Positions 50,007 to 60,728 are shown, numbered from the stretch's first letter. The stretch: DNA of 64,000 nucleotides from Candidatus Saccharicenans sp. (GCA_049719515.1 JBNARJ010000003.1:151241-215240); one strand, 5' to 3'. Notes: generated by a model not told the origin, from the sequence alone. Numbers and translations: made by a program.

Positions 50007-51638
50007 TTAAATCATGCCCACTATTCTTCCCTCATCATCAACATCAATCTTTTCGGCCTGGGGTGCCTTTGGTAAACCCGGCATGGTCATTATATCACCA
50101 CACAGAATGACGACAAAACCCGCACCGGCACTCAGCGAAGCATCGGTAACCGTCAGAGTCCAGCCGCGGGGCCGGCCGAGTTTCTTGGAATCATCAGACA
50201 GCGAGGCCTGCGTCTTGGCAATACACACGGGCAGCTCGCCAAAACCCAGTTTCTCAAACCGCTCTATCTTCTTGCGAGCTGCCGTTTCTACTTTTATACC
50301 ATCTGCACCATAAATTTTCTGAGCAATCGTTTCCACTTTGGTCAGGATGGGGGCTTCCACCGGGTAGAGAAAATCAAAACGAGCCTGGTCTTCTTCAATC
50401 GCTTTTATCACCTGCCCGGCCAGTTCCTGGCCGCCGGCACCGCCCTGATTATAAACATCGCTCAGCGCAAAGCGCACACCCTCAGATTTGACCAGGTTTG
50501 TCCAGGTTTCAATCTCCGATTTATGGTCGCCAGGGAATAAATTCAGCGCGACCACAAACGGAACCCCAAAAATCTTCAGGTTTTCGATATGTTTCCTCAG
50601 GTTATCGAAGCCCGTTTCCACGGCGGCCGGGGCTTCTTTGGACAGCTCATCTAACTTCACCCCACCATGATACTTGAGGGCCCTCAGGGTAGAAACCAGC
50701 ACGCAGGCATCCGGCGGCGGAACCTGCCCGGTGCGCACCACAATGTCAAAGAATTTTTCCGCCCCGAGGTCTGAAGCAAACCCTGTTTCGGTCACCACAT
50801 AATCAGCCAGGCTCAGAGCCAGCCTGGTGGCCACGATGGAGTTTGTTCCGTGAGCAATGTTGGCAAAAGGTCCACCGTGGATGAAAGCCGGTGTGCCTTC
50901 AAGCGTCTGCACCAGGTTCGGTTTCAGGGCATCTTTTAAAAGGGCGGTCATCGCCCCGTCGGCCTTGATGTCGCGAGCCAGGACGGGTTTGCCGTCAACC
51001 GTGTATCCGATCAAAATATTCCCAACTCTTCGCTTCAAATCCTTCAAATCTGATGATAGGCACAGAATGGCCATCACTTCTGAAGCGGCGGTTATGTCAA
51101 AACCTGTTTCCCGGGCAAACCCCTGGAAAGTCTCATCTACCCCAATTATTATCTGCCGCAGGGCGCGGTCATTCATATCAAGCACTCTTTTCCAGGTAAC
51201 GTTGCGACCGTCAAGCAACCCCCCGGGTCCGTCAAAATGAATTCGGTTATCAACCATGGCGGCTAACAGGTTGTGGGCCGAAGTAACAGCATGGATGTCG
51301 CCGGTAAAATGCAGGTTTATTTCTTCTCTGGGGACGACCATGGCCTTGCCACCGCCAGTAGCTCCGCCTTTGATGCCAAACACTGGCCCCAGAGAAGGTT
51401 CCCTGAGAGCCAGGCAGGCCTTCTTGCCCAGTCGACGGAAGGCATCAGACAAACCGATGGCCGTTGTCGTCTTGCCTTCGCCCGCCGGTGTGGGCGTCAT
51501 GGCCGTGACCATTATTAATTTGCCTCTTTTTTCTGAAACAAGAGGCTGATAGTTGACCTTGGCTTTAAAGCGTCCGTAATATTCGAGGTATTCTTCGGGA
51601 ATACCCAGCTGGCCGGCGATTTCATTTATCGGGCGCAT
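50007..51638 (-). CDS. fhs: Formate--tetrahydrofolate ligase
   Basis: PTPAGEGKTTTAIGL and FTHFS family length. The start is moved to ATG 51638, which has an AAGGAGGUG RBS. Confidence 0.93.
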   Translation of the reverse strand: MRPINEIAGQLGIPEEYLEYYGRFKAKVNYQPLVSEKRGKLIMVTAMTPTPAGEGKTTTAIGLSDAFRRLGKKACLALREPSLGPVFGIKGGATGGGKAMVVPREEINLHFTGDIHAVTSAHNLLAAMVDNRIHFDGPGGLLDGRNVTWKRVLDMNDRALRQIIIGVDETFQGFARETGFDITAASEVMAILCLSSDLKDLKRRVGNILIGYTVDGKPVLARDIKADGAMTALLKDALKPNLVQTLEGTPAFIHGGPFANIAHGTNSIVATRLALSLADYVVTETGFASDLGAEKFFDIVVRTGQVPPPDACVLVSTLRALKYHGGVKLDELSKEAPAAVETGFDNLRKHIENLKIFGVPFVVALNLFPGDHKSEIETWTNLVKSEGVRFALSDVYNQGGAGGQELAGQVIKAIEEDQARFDFLYPVEAPILTKVETIAQKIYGADGIKVETAARKKIERFEKLGFGELPVCIAKTQASLSDDSKKLGRPRGWTLTVTDASLSAGAGFVVILCGDIMTMPGLPKAPQAEKIDVDDEGRIVGMI

Positions 51639-51702
51639 CCATTCACCTCCTTGCATTAGCATTTAACCAGAAATGCAATTTCTCTTCAACCGAAATTTTT
51701 CT

Positions 51703-52443
51703 TCAGCTGCGGCAGAAGTTGACGCTGTAAAAATGTGCCTGGTATTTCTCAATCAGCCCCTCATCAGCAAAGCTGTAATAACAATTGTTTCCGATGATGA
51801 TATGGTCAAGCACCCGAATCTGCATCACGGCACAGGCAAAAACCAGGTCCCTGGTGATTTCCCGGTCGCAGGTGGAAGGTGATGGGTCACCTGAAGGATG
51901 GTTGTGCACAAAAATAAGGTTGGCCGCTTCATATTTAAGAGCCTGCTTGATAACCTCCCGCGGATAAACCGCGCTGGAATCTACTGTGCCTTCAAAGAGT
52001 GTTTTTTCTTCCAGAATCTGGTTCTTGGTGTTTAAGAACAGCACCTTAAAAACTTCGACTTTAAGGTCGCGTAAACTGTAATAAAGATAATCAAAGACTT
52101 CTCGCGAAGACTTACAGACCGGCCTTTTGATGATGCAATCTTTTAAATAACGTCTGGCCACTTCATGCACGAGCTTCAGGCCAAAAATGTTCTTGGGCCC
52201 GATGCCCTTGATTTTCTGCAGGTCGATCGGGTCGGCTTCCATCACGCCGCGAAAAGTTTTGAACTCTTTAAGTGCCAGACGGGCGGCTTCCCGGCAGTCT
52301 TTCCTGGGTGTGCCGAGGGTTAAAAGCAGCTCAACTATTTCATAATCAAGAAAGCCGGCCAACCCGCCCTTTAAAAATTTTTCTCTTAACCTCTGGCGGT
52401 GCCCCTCGCAGGCCAGTTTAATTTCCTCCGCCGGTTGGCTCAT
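51703..52443 (-). CDS. radC: RadC-family JAB-domain protein
   Basis: HhH N-terminal region and JAMM motif IFVHNHPSGDPSPS. Confidence 0.88.
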   Translation of the reverse strand: MSQPAEEIKLACEGHRQRLREKFLKGGLAGFLDYEIVELLLTLGTPRKDCREAARLALKEFKTFRGVMEADPIDLQKIKGIGPKNIFGLKLVHEVARRYLKDCIIKRPVCKSSREVFDYLYYSLRDLKVEVFKVLFLNTKNQILEEKTLFEGTVDSSAVYPREVIKQALKYEAANLIFVHNHPSGDPSPSTCDREITRDLVFACAVMQIRVLDHIIIGNNCYYSFADEGLIEKYQAHFYSVNFCRS

Positions 52444-52571
52444 GATGAACGCTCCGTATTCAAGATAAGATTTCTTTAGAATTAAAGGTGCTGGCTATCA
52501 CCTAAAAAGACGAAAGAACACTCTTTTTTTTCCCAGCGGAGGGTCAGATTTTCCGAACTCTTTTTTCCGCC

Positions 52572-54350
52572 CTATTCCTGATAGAGCCTGTCTATCACCG
52601 GTTTGTATTTTTCTTCGACAATCTTCCGTCTTACCTTAAGAGTTGGAGTCAGCTCGCCGGATTCCAGCTCAAAATCTTTCGGCAGGATGGCAATTTTTTT
52701 AATCCTTTCATAGGAAGCCAGATGGGGCGTCAGCCGGTCAATTTCCTGCATCATAAATTCAAAAATTTCCGGCCTGGAGACGAGTTCCTGGCGGTCAGCG
52801 TAGACAATTCCTTTTTCTTTAGCATAAGCTTCCAGCTTATCAAAATCCGGGACAACCAGCGCGGAGACAAACTTTCGGCCGTTGCCCACAACCACCGCGT
52901 TGGCAATGTAAGGGCTGGTTTTGATGGTATTTTCAATGGGCTGCGGTGCCACATTTTTACCGCCGGCCGTGACGATGATATCCTTCTTCCGGTCAGTAAT
53001 CACCAGGTAACCATCTTTATCCAGATAACCGATGTCTCCAGTTTTAAACCAGCCATCTTCAAAAGCTTCGCGGGTTTCTTCTTCTTTTTTAAAATAGCCT
53101 TTCATGACGTTGGGGCCCCGCACCCAGATTTCACCATCCGGGGCAAATTTTACTTCCTCGCCCGGCAGCACTTTGCCCACCGTGCCAAACCTGAAATCAT
53201 TTAGGGTGTTTAGCGAAATGACCGGCGAGGTCTCGGTCAGCCCGTAGCCTTCGATGATGATGATGCCCATCGCCAGAAAGAATTCAGCAATGTCTCTGGA
53301 AAGCGGAGCGCCTCCAGAAACAAAAAACCGTACCCGGCCGCCCGTCTTTTCAACAATTTTGGAAAAAACCACCCGGTAAGCCAGCCGGTAACGCAGTTTC
53401 AGCCACCAGGAAGCCTTTTCCTTGTTCATCCTTTTCTGGGCCATCTTGCGTCCGACTTTCAGCGCCCAGAAAAATATTTTTTTCTTCAGGGTTGAGGAAG
53501 ACAAAACATTATCAATTACCCGGGCATAGAATTTGTCGAACAGCCGGGGAACGCTGACCATGATGGTCGGCCGGACTTCGACCAGGTTTTGCGCCACCGT
53601 ATCGACACTCTCCGCATAGGCGATGGTCGCTCCGACGTAAATCCAGGCAAAAGTGCACATCCTTTCCAGCACATGAGACAGGGGCAGGAAGCTGAGGGCC
53701 GTATCCCGGTCAGTGTATTCGACCACTGACCGTAAAGTCTGGATGTTGTTTACCAGGTTATAATGGGTGAGCATGGCCCCTTTCGGAATGCCGGTCGTGC
53801 CCGAGGTGTAGATGATGGTCGCCAGGTCGTCTCGCCCCAGGCTGAGGGCAATTTTATCAAACTCTTCAGGATTCTTTTTGTTATATTCTTCTCCAGCCCT
53901 TTCCACTTCTGACAGGAGCAGAACTCCTTCCGGGGCGGGCTGGTCAATGATGATGAATTTCTCTATTCCCTTTATTTCCTGTTTTATTTGCGCCACCTTT
54001 TGCCACATGGCCTCATTAGAGCAGACCAGAATCCTGGCCTCCGAATCATTGACGATGTATTTTATCTGCTCCGGCATAAGTGAGGTATAAATGGGCACGG
54101 TCACTCCACCCAAACAGATGTTGGCCAGGTCGACCATGACCCACTCGGGCCTGTTTTCCGAAAGAATGATCAATTTATCCCCTTTTTTCTGACCGAGGGT
54201 TCGCAGCCCGGAAGAAATATTTCTGACTCTTCGACTAAATTCTGCCGTAGAAATTGGCTGATACTTCCCCTGCTTTTTGACCAGCATCAGGGCTTCTTTC
54301 TGATAAACTTTTTCGGTGTTGAGAAACACCTTGGCCAGTGTATCAATCAT
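52572..54350 (-). CDS. Long-chain fatty-acid--CoA ligase (AMP-dependent synthetase)
   Basis: YTSGTTGIPKG; C-terminal GWFKTGDIGYLDKDGYLVITDRKKD. Confidence 0.85.
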   Translation of the reverse strand: MIDTLAKVFLNTEKVYQKEALMLVKKQGKYQPISTAEFSRRVRNISSGLRTLGQKKGDKLIILSENRPEWVMVDLANICLGGVTVPIYTSLMPEQIKYIVNDSEARILVCSNEAMWQKVAQIKQEIKGIEKFIIIDQPAPEGVLLLSEVERAGEEYNKKNPEEFDKIALSLGRDDLATIIYTSGTTGIPKGAMLTHYNLVNNIQTLRSVVEYTDRDTALSFLPLSHVLERMCTFAWIYVGATIAYAESVDTVAQNLVEVRPTIMVSVPRLFDKFYARVIDNVLSSSTLKKKIFFWALKVGRKMAQKRMNKEKASWWLKLRYRLAYRVVFSKIVEKTGGRVRFFVSGGAPLSRDIAEFFLAMGIIIIEGYGLTETSPVISLNTLNDFRFGTVGKVLPGEEVKFAPDGEIWVRGPNVMKGYFKKEEETREAFEDGWFKTGDIGYLDKDGYLVITDRKKDIIVTAGGKNVAPQPIENTIKTSPYIANAVVVGNGRKFVSALVVPDFDKLEAYAKEKGIVYADRQELVSRPEIFEFMMQEIDRLTPHLASYERIKKIAILPKDFELESGELTPTLKVRRKIVEEKYKPVIDRLYQE

Positions 54351-54373
54351 TCTTCCTCTCCTTTCTTTTCAGG

Positions 54374-54859
54374 CTATTGATGTCTGGCTTCATGCTGCAA
54401 AAGCCACTTCTTTCGCCAGAGGCCACCGCCAAACCCCACCAGCCGGCCGTCGCTTCCCACCACCCGATGACAGGGTATGATGATAACTATTGGATTTCTG
54501 TGATTGGCCTGTCCGACCGCCCGGCTGGCCCCCGGCCGGCCGCAGGCCCGAGCAATCTCACCATAACTCCTGGTCTGGCCGTAAGGAATTTTTTGAAGCT
54601 CGGCCCAAACTCTTTTCTGAAAGGGAGTGCCCTGCAGGTTGAGCTTGACGGAAAAGTTCCTCCTCTGCCCGGAAAAATACTCGTCCAGCTGCTTCCAGGC
54701 TTCTTTCAACGGCTCAGGGGCCTCTTCCGGCTTAAGCCCGGCCTCCGGCTCGCCCCCGGCTTTTCGGTAATTGGCCGGCAAAAAAGAACAGCCCTGCAGC
54801 CCCTCCCGGTCACCTCTTAATTCTATAATTCCTATCGGAGAATGATAATATAATTTCAT
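54374..54859 (-). CDS. ogt: Methylated-DNA--protein-cysteine methyltransferase
   Basis: Active-site motif IPCHRVV and a helix-turn-helix DNA-binding region. Confidence 0.88.
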   Translation of the reverse strand: MKLYYHSPIGIIELRGDREGLQGCSFLPANYRKAGGEPEAGLKPEEAPEPLKEAWKQLDEYFSGQRRNFSVKLNLQGTPFQKRVWAELQKIPYGQTRSYGEIARACGRPGASRAVGQANHRNPIVIIIPCHRVVGSDGRLVGFGGGLWRKKWLLQHEARHQ

Positions 54860-54877
54860 TTTTCTCCGCCCGCCGCA

Positions 54878-55636
54878 CTATTCTTTTATCCTCACCCAGA
54901 TCCTGGTCAGGCCGCGGTCGTTTTCAAACCTCAATTCGAAAACGTCCGGATAGGCCTTAAACAGCTGCGATAATTGCCGGTATCCGTAGGTCCGGGGGTC
55001 AAACCCCGGGTCTAACTGCCGGAGGTAAAAACCGATGGTGCTGAGCTTGGCCCAGCCATCTTCATCGGTGGCCATATCAACCGCCGCTTTCAGAAGGGGA
55101 AGCGGGTCGTAGCCCCGCTGCTTTTGTTCTTCGGCCGGTTTTTCTCCACCGCTTTTGCGTTTTCTTTCCCGCTCCTTTTCTCTCAGGCCAAGGTTTTCAG
55201 TATAGATAAACACATTGCAGGCATTGACAAAGGCCTTGGGAGTAGTTCTTTTCCCGATACCCATAACAAAAAAGCCTGCTTCCCTTATCCTGGTGGCTAA
55301 CCTGGTGTAATCCGAGTCGCTGGATACTATGCAGAAGCCATCCACCAGGCGGCTGTGGAGAATATCCATGGCATCGATAATCAGCGCGCTGTCGGTGGCG
55401 TTCTTCCCCACGGTGTAGCGAAACTGCTGGACCGGCTGAATGGCGTTTTCATGCAGGGCTTTTTTCCAGCCGGCCATGTTCACCGTTGTCCAGTCGCCGT
55501 AGATTCTTCTTATGGTAATAAGTCCGTATTTGCCCACCTCAGCCAGTATCTCGCTGATCAGCGAGGGCTGGGCATTATCCCCGTCTATCAGGAGTGCAAT
55601 TTTTCGGCTTTTTTCTTCAGAATAGCTTTCGATCAT
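54878..55636 (-). CDS. NYN-domain (LabA-like) protein with a C-terminal OST-HTH/LOTUS domain
   Basis: N-terminal NYN/PIN-like segment (IALLIDGDN...IVSSDSDYTRL) and a C-terminal LOTUS-like segment of about 70 aa. Confidence 0.8.
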   Translation of the reverse strand: MIESYSEEKSRKIALLIDGDNAQPSLISEILAEVGKYGLITIRRIYGDWTTVNMAGWKKALHENAIQPVQQFRYTVGKNATDSALIIDAMDILHSRLVDGFCIVSSDSDYTRLATRIREAGFFVMGIGKRTTPKAFVNACNVFIYTENLGLREKERERKRKSGGEKPAEEQKQRGYDPLPLLKAAVDMATDEDGWAKLSTIGFYLRQLDPGFDPRTYGYRQLSQLFKAYPDVFELRFENDRGLTRIWVRIKE

Positions 55637-55770
55637 TTTTGCCTTCTTCTTTCATTCATTTTTATTATTCTTATTTAATTTGTCATCATTTTTTTATATT
55701 ATTACACATCTGGGCAGAATTAATCAAAACCTGGAGAGGTTTGTAAACTGCTTTAAGGGCAAAGATTGAG

Positions 55771-56403
55771 ATGAGTTTTACCGCTATCTCTTTTTTGGTC
55801 TGCACGGCTCTTTCCGCCATTTCGGCCGTCGTTTCTGAGGTGCGCGGGCAAAAGTGGCTGGCCTATGCTTTTAGGCCCTTGACCATCGCCTTTATGATTG
55901 GCTTCTTGCTGGAAACGAGGCCGGCCTCCTTTTACCGGCAGGCCATACTGGCCGCGCTGGTTTTTTCCCTGCTCGGAGACACGATGATGATGCTCAAAAA
56001 AAAGAAGTTCGCTGCCGGAATGTTTTTCTTCCTTTTAACCCAAATCGCCCTGGCGGTGGCCTTTTTCTCACGGTTAACTCCCGGATTTTTACTCTGGCCC
56101 GTTTTCCCCTTGCTCGGCCTGGCGGCATTTGTCCTGTGGCTGACCTGGAAAAACCTCGGCCAGTACAGAATTCCTGCTCTGGTCTACCTGATGGCCATCC
56201 TGACCATGTCTCGCTTAGCACTGGAAATGCCCCACCAGCTTCCCGGTCTGAAACCCTGGTTGGCGGCGGCCGGAGCCGTTTTTTTCCTGCTGTCAGATTC
56301 ATTCCTGGCTGTCAACCGCTTCTTCCGGTCTTTTAAGGCCGCTCAGGCTTTAATTCTCTCAACCTTCTATTCTGCCCTGATTCTGATAACCTTTTCAGTC
56401 TGA
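55771..56403 (+). CDS. YhhN-family membrane protein (lysoplasmalogenase-like)
   Basis: 210 aa with 7-8 TM helices matching the YhhN pattern. Confidence 0.75.
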   Translation: MSFTAISFLVCTALSAISAVVSEVRGQKWLAYAFRPLTIAFMIGFLLETRPASFYRQAILAALVFSLLGDTMMMLKKKKFAAGMFFFLLTQIALAVAFFSRLTPGFLLWPVFPLLGLAAFVLWLTWKNLGQYRIPALVYLMAILTMSRLALEMPHQLPGLKPWLAAAGAVFFLLSDSFLAVNRFFRSFKAAQALILSTFYSALILITFSV

Positions 56404-56498
56404 TGATTAATCTTAAAGGCCCATTATTTTCACCCCTTTCGGTGATTGAAGTCTGCCGGTTAAACGGGTGTAATTATTTATTTTGAAGGAGATGGAAG

Positions 56499-59321
56499 AT
56501 GGAACTGCATCTTCAAACTTTAATCGACAGCATCAGTGATGCCATCGTGGCCACCGACACGGAGGGCCGGGTTATCATCTGGAACCCGGCGGCTGAAAAA
56601 ATGTTCGGCTACAAAAAGAAAGAGGCTCTCGGAAAAAACATTGATATGCTAATCGGTGGCCCGGAAGGGAAGAAGGCGCGGCAGATTACCAGCAAAATCC
56701 TCAGCCGAAAGATGACTAATGTTATCGCCACCCGCTACGCCAAGGATGGCCGGCCGATTACAGTCAGTATCTCGGCCTCCCCCGTGCTGTACAAGCAATA
56801 CCTGATTGGCGGCATTGCCGTTTATAAAGACATCTCCGACCTTATTAAAAAAGACAGGCAGCTTGAGCACACTAACCGCCTGCTGCGGGCCATAAGCACC
56901 ATCAACCAGACCATCATCCAGGAAAAAAATCCCGAAAATCTCCTAAAGCTCTCGGCCGAGAACCTGGCCGAACACGGCAATTATGACCTCATTCAGTTCA
57001 TCCTGGTGGACGACAGGCTAAAGCCCGTGGCCTTCCTCGGTCACGGACCCAAAAAACTTTTAAAGAGATTTCCGCCCTGCGCGGAAAAAGTGCTTAAAGC
57101 CAGACGGTCACTTTTTATCCCGGAAATCGCCAGCAGCCGTCTGTGCCAAACCTGTCAAAAACATCTGGGAAGGGGCTGGGCCGCCACTTTTCTGCTCGAG
57201 CACAATAAAGAGATTTTTGGGGTAATGCACGTGGGCAATGCCCGCGATGTTTTCGACCAGTCGAGTGAAATAAAGCTGCTGGAAGAAATATCTGCCGACC
57301 TGGGCTATGCTCTCTATTCGATAAAAAAAGAAAGGGAGAAAAAACAAGCTGAAAAAGAAATCAAGCATCTGCAGCAATTTTACCAGACTATTATCACCAG
57401 CCTGGCTGAAGGTGTGGCCGTAGAAGACGCCAGCGGAATGATTACCTTTGCCAACCCTTCTCTGGAAAATCTGCTCGGTTATAAAAAGGGAGAATTGCTG
57501 GGAAAACACTGGAGCGTCTTTATCGCTGAAGATGAGGTCGAGCGAATAAAAGAAAAGACCAGCAGAAGGAAAACCAAAACCCAGGAGCAGTATGAAACAA
57601 GGCTGAAAACCAAGAATGGCCGGTTTATACCGGCGCTGATTCATGCCCGTTCTTTATATTCAGGCAAAAAATTTGCGGGCGTGGTGTCGGTCATCACGGA
57701 TATTTCAGAGCTGAAAAAAATCCAGGAGGCGCTGAAGATTTCCAGAGACGAAGCTCTGGCGGCCAGCAAGGCGAAGAGCGAATTTCTGGCCAACATGAGC
57801 CATGAAATACGCACTCCAATGAACGGAATCATCGGCATGATAGAGCTGGCCCTGCAGACCGAGCTAACAGAGGAACAGAGACAATTCCTGACCGCGGCCC
57901 GCGCTTCCGCTGAGTCTCTCTTGACCATCCTCAACGACATCCTGGACTTTTCCAAAATTGAGGCCCGGATGATTGAGCTGATACCGGCTGAATTCAGGCT
58001 GCACGATTCCCTGACGGAAATCGTGGCCACCCTGGCCCTTACCGCCCACAAAAAAGGCCTTGAGCTCTTGTGCCATGTGCCTCCATCTCTGCCGGAAAGA
58101 GTGGTCGGAGACCTCAACCGGCTTCGCCAGATAATTCTCAACCTGGTCAGCAATGCCATTAAATTCACCGAAAAAGGCGAGGTGGTGGTGGAGGTAAAAG
58201 AAGAATCGCGGACGGACAAAGAAATCTTTCTCCACTTTACCGTCAGAGATACAGGCATAGGCATTCCCGCGGATAAGCTTGAATCAATTTTCCAGCCTTT
58301 TGTCCAGGCCGATGCCTCTCTCACCAGAAAATACGGGGGCACCGGCCTGGGCCTGGCCATCACTTCCCAGCTGGTCAGCCTGATGGGTGGGAAAATCTGG
58401 GTTGAAAGCGAAGTGGGAAAGGGCAGCACCTTTCATTTCACCGTCAGGCTGGGTTTGCCAGAGAAAGCGCAGGAAAAAGTTCTCCCCAGCACCCTTTCGG
58501 CCCTTCACGGGCTTAAAGTTCTGGTAGTGGATGACAACAGCACAAACCGGCTTATCCTTAAAGAAATGCTCCAGAGCTGGAAAATGAAACCCGTGGAAGC
58601 AGCCAACGGTCCGATGGCTCTTTCTCTCCTTCAATCTGCAAAACATGAACCATTTGGTCTGCTTATCGTCGACCTGTCCATGCCTGAAATGGACGGTTTC
58701 ACTTTGATAGAAAACATCAAGCGCCTGGAGTTAGCCAAGGAGGCACCAATCATCATCTTGACTTCGGCTGACCGGGTGGGCGATTTCCAGAAGGCCAAAG
58801 AATATGGAGCATCCGCTTACCTGGTAAAGCCTATCCGGCCTTCGGACCTGCTCGACACCATCATGGCCATCAAAGGCTCCGCTGAGCTGGGGAAAAAGCT
58901 GGCCGAGCCAATAACCGAGCAAACTCTGCCTGAACTTAGAGCCAGGTACAAAATTCTGCTGGCAGAAGATAATCCGATAAACCAGAAGGTTGCCCTTCAT
59001 CTGCTCCAGAAAAGAGGCCATACCGTCGTGGTGGTGGAAAACGGGCAGCAGGTTCTGGAAAAAATTAAAACGGAGGACTTTGACCTGGTTCTGATGGATG
59101 TTCAGATGCCCGTGATGAATGGTTTCGAAGCGACACAAAAAATCCGGGAACTGGAAAAGGACACCGGTCATCATCTGCCAGTCGTAGCCATGACGGCTCA
59201 CGCCATGAAAGGCGACCGGGAGAAATGCCTGGAAGCCGGCATGGATGACTACGTTTCCAAGCCGCTCTACCCGGAAGAACTTTACAGAGTTATTGAACGA
59301 GCCGTAAAACATAAAAAATAA
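56499..59321 (+). CDS. Hybrid sensor histidine kinase with PAS and GAF-like sensors, HisKA/HATPase, and two receiver domains
   Basis: PAS (IIWNPAAEKMFGY), H-box SHEIRTPMNGIIGM, G-boxes, and two REC domains (VVDDNSTNR... and LLAEDNPINQ...). Confidence 0.9.
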   Translation: MELHLQTLIDSISDAIVATDTEGRVIIWNPAAEKMFGYKKKEALGKNIDMLIGGPEGKKARQITSKILSRKMTNVIATRYAKDGRPITVSISASPVLYKQYLIGGIAVYKDISDLIKKDRQLEHTNRLLRAISTINQTIIQEKNPENLLKLSAENLAEHGNYDLIQFILVDDRLKPVAFLGHGPKKLLKRFPPCAEKVLKARRSLFIPEIASSRLCQTCQKHLGRGWAATFLLEHNKEIFGVMHVGNARDVFDQSSEIKLLEEISADLGYALYSIKKEREKKQAEKEIKHLQQFYQTIITSLAEGVAVEDASGMITFANPSLENLLGYKKGELLGKHWSVFIAEDEVERIKEKTSRRKTKTQEQYETRLKTKNGRFIPALIHARSLYSGKKFAGVVSVITDISELKKIQEALKISRDEALAASKAKSEFLANMSHEIRTPMNGIIGMIELALQTELTEEQRQFLTAARASAESLLTILNDILDFSKIEARMIELIPAEFRLHDSLTEIVATLALTAHKKGLELLCHVPPSLPERVVGDLNRLRQIILNLVSNAIKFTEKGEVVVEVKEESRTDKEIFLHFTVRDTGIGIPADKLESIFQPFVQADASLTRKYGGTGLGLAITSQLVSLMGGKIWVESEVGKGSTFHFTVRLGLPEKAQEKVLPSTLSALHGLKVLVVDDNSTNRLILKEMLQSWKMKPVEAANGPMALSLLQSAKHEPFGLLIVDLSMPEMDGFTLIENIKRLELAKEAPIIILTSADRVGDFQKAKEYGASAYLVKPIRPSDLLDTIMAIKGSAELGKKLAEPITEQTLPELRARYKILLAEDNPINQKVALHLLQKRGHTVVVVENGQQVLEKIKTEDFDLVLMDVQMPVMNGFEATQKIRELEKDTGHHLPVVAMTAHAMKGDREKCLEAGMDDYVSKPLYPEELYRVIERAVKHKK

Positions 59322-59346
59322 AATTTTAGGTTGAGGTTAGGGTAAG

Positions 59347-60357
59347 ATGAAAATCAAACTGGAAGAAAAAAGCCCCCTGCCAGGCAAATTTTCTATCCTG
59401 ATTGCCGAAGATGACCCTCTGGCCCGCAGGATGTTAGACAAGAGGTTACAGGAGTGGGGCTTTAAAGTGCTCAAGGCTGAAGACGGGAAAAAAGCCCTGG
59501 AAATTCTCAGGCAGCCCGAGGTCAGAATCGCCATCCTCGATTGGATGATGCCTGGCCTGGAAGGGCCGGAAATCTGCCAGAAATTGAGACATCTCAAAAA
59601 ACCAAAATATACCTATGTTATCTTAATCACCGCCAGAGACACCTCCTATGACATAATCCAGGGGTTGGAAGCCGGGGCAGACGATTACATGGCCAAACCG
59701 ATAAATTTTCTCGAGCTCAGAGCGCGCCTGCAGGCTGCTCTCCGCATACTTGACCTGGAAGACCACCTGATCAAAACCCAGAAAAAACTCCTGAAACTGG
59801 CCACGGTAGACAGTCTGACCGGAGCCTGGAACCGCCGAACGATTTTAAATTTCATAAAAGAAGAACTCGAAAGATACCGGCGCGAGAACAAACCCCTCGG
59901 CCTGCTGATGGTTGACCTCGACAATTTCAAGACGATTAACGACACATTTGGCCATCAAGCCGGCGACGCGGTCCTCAAAAACATCGTCAGGATGTTGAAG
60001 AAGAACCTTCGCCCGTATGACAAAATCGGTCGCTACGGTGGAGATGAACTGCTGATCATCCTGCCCAACAGCAACATTTTTAACACGGGGATTATTGCCA
60101 GCCGGCTCCTGGAATATATCAGAAAAAGCAAGATAGATTTCCGGCACAAAGCCACCCTCTCGGCCACTCTATCCATGGGCGGGGTTTCCACCGACTCTTT
60201 AGCCGAGCCGAACTTAGAAAAACTAATCAGAACGGCCGACCGCGCCCTTTACCTGGCCAAGAAACTTGGCCGAGACCGGGTCATCCTTTTTGGCGATTCG
60301 GTAAAAGAAAAAACAAAGGAGAAAAAGCATGCCCGAAAAGAAAAAACCTCAAGCTGA
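59347..60357 (+). CDS. Response regulator with a GGDEF diguanylate-cyclase domain (signature reads GGDEL)
   Basis: REC domain (ILIAEDDPLARR...D at ILDWMMPG) followed by a GGDEF domain with RYGGDELLI. Confidence 0.88.
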   Translation: MKIKLEEKSPLPGKFSILIAEDDPLARRMLDKRLQEWGFKVLKAEDGKKALEILRQPEVRIAILDWMMPGLEGPEICQKLRHLKKPKYTYVILITARDTSYDIIQGLEAGADDYMAKPINFLELRARLQAALRILDLEDHLIKTQKKLLKLATVDSLTGAWNRRTILNFIKEELERYRRENKPLGLLMVDLDNFKTINDTFGHQAGDAVLKNIVRMLKKNLRPYDKIGRYGGDELLIILPNSNIFNTGIIASRLLEYIRKSKIDFRHKATLSATLSMGGVSTDSLAEPNLEKLIRTADRALYLAKKLGRDRVILFGDSVKEKTKEKKHARKEKTSS

Positions 60358-60688
60358 ACAGGCCAAACCACCGATTGACCGAAAAGAAGTTTTGGAGAGA
60401 ATTGGCGGGGACGAAGATTTTCTCGGTGAGCTCATCCAGATTTACCGGCAGGAATTCGATGAAAAAATCGAGGTCTTATCCCGCGCCATAGAAGAAAAAA
60501 ACTACCAGCTCATCAGAGAAGCAGGCCACTCCCTCAAAGGAGCTTCCGCCAACCTGAGCCTGCCCGCCCTGCGGGAAGCGGCCTGGGAAATGGAAATGGC
60601 CGGAAAGGAGCAAAACCTGGAGCAAGCACGCCAGGCCCTGGAAAAGCTTAAGAAAGAATACAAAAGGCTGGTTGAATACCTCGGTTAG
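60329..60688 (+). CDS. Hpt (histidine phosphotransfer) domain protein
   Basis: HSLKGASANLSL Hpt motif. Its start overlaps the last 29 nt of the upstream GGDEF gene. Confidence 0.8.
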   Translation: MPEKKKPQAEQAKPPIDRKEVLERIGGDEDFLGELIQIYRQEFDEKIEVLSRAIEEKNYQLIREAGHSLKGASANLSLPALREAAWEMEMAGKEQNLEQARQALEKLKKEYKRLVEYLG

Positions 60689-60728
60689 AAAGAAACTGTA
60701 CTTGCTGCCCGACGGCCTCATTTCGCCT

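Noticed and set aside
57641-58429. 262 aa minus-strand ORF inside the hybrid histidine kinase
   Set aside because: Antisense shadow ORF; Ser/Arg-rich.
59347-60357. Declaring the GGDEL protein an inactive or degenerate cyclase
   Set aside because: A single conservative Phe-to-Leu change in the signature is insufficient to infer loss of activity; this is left as a question.
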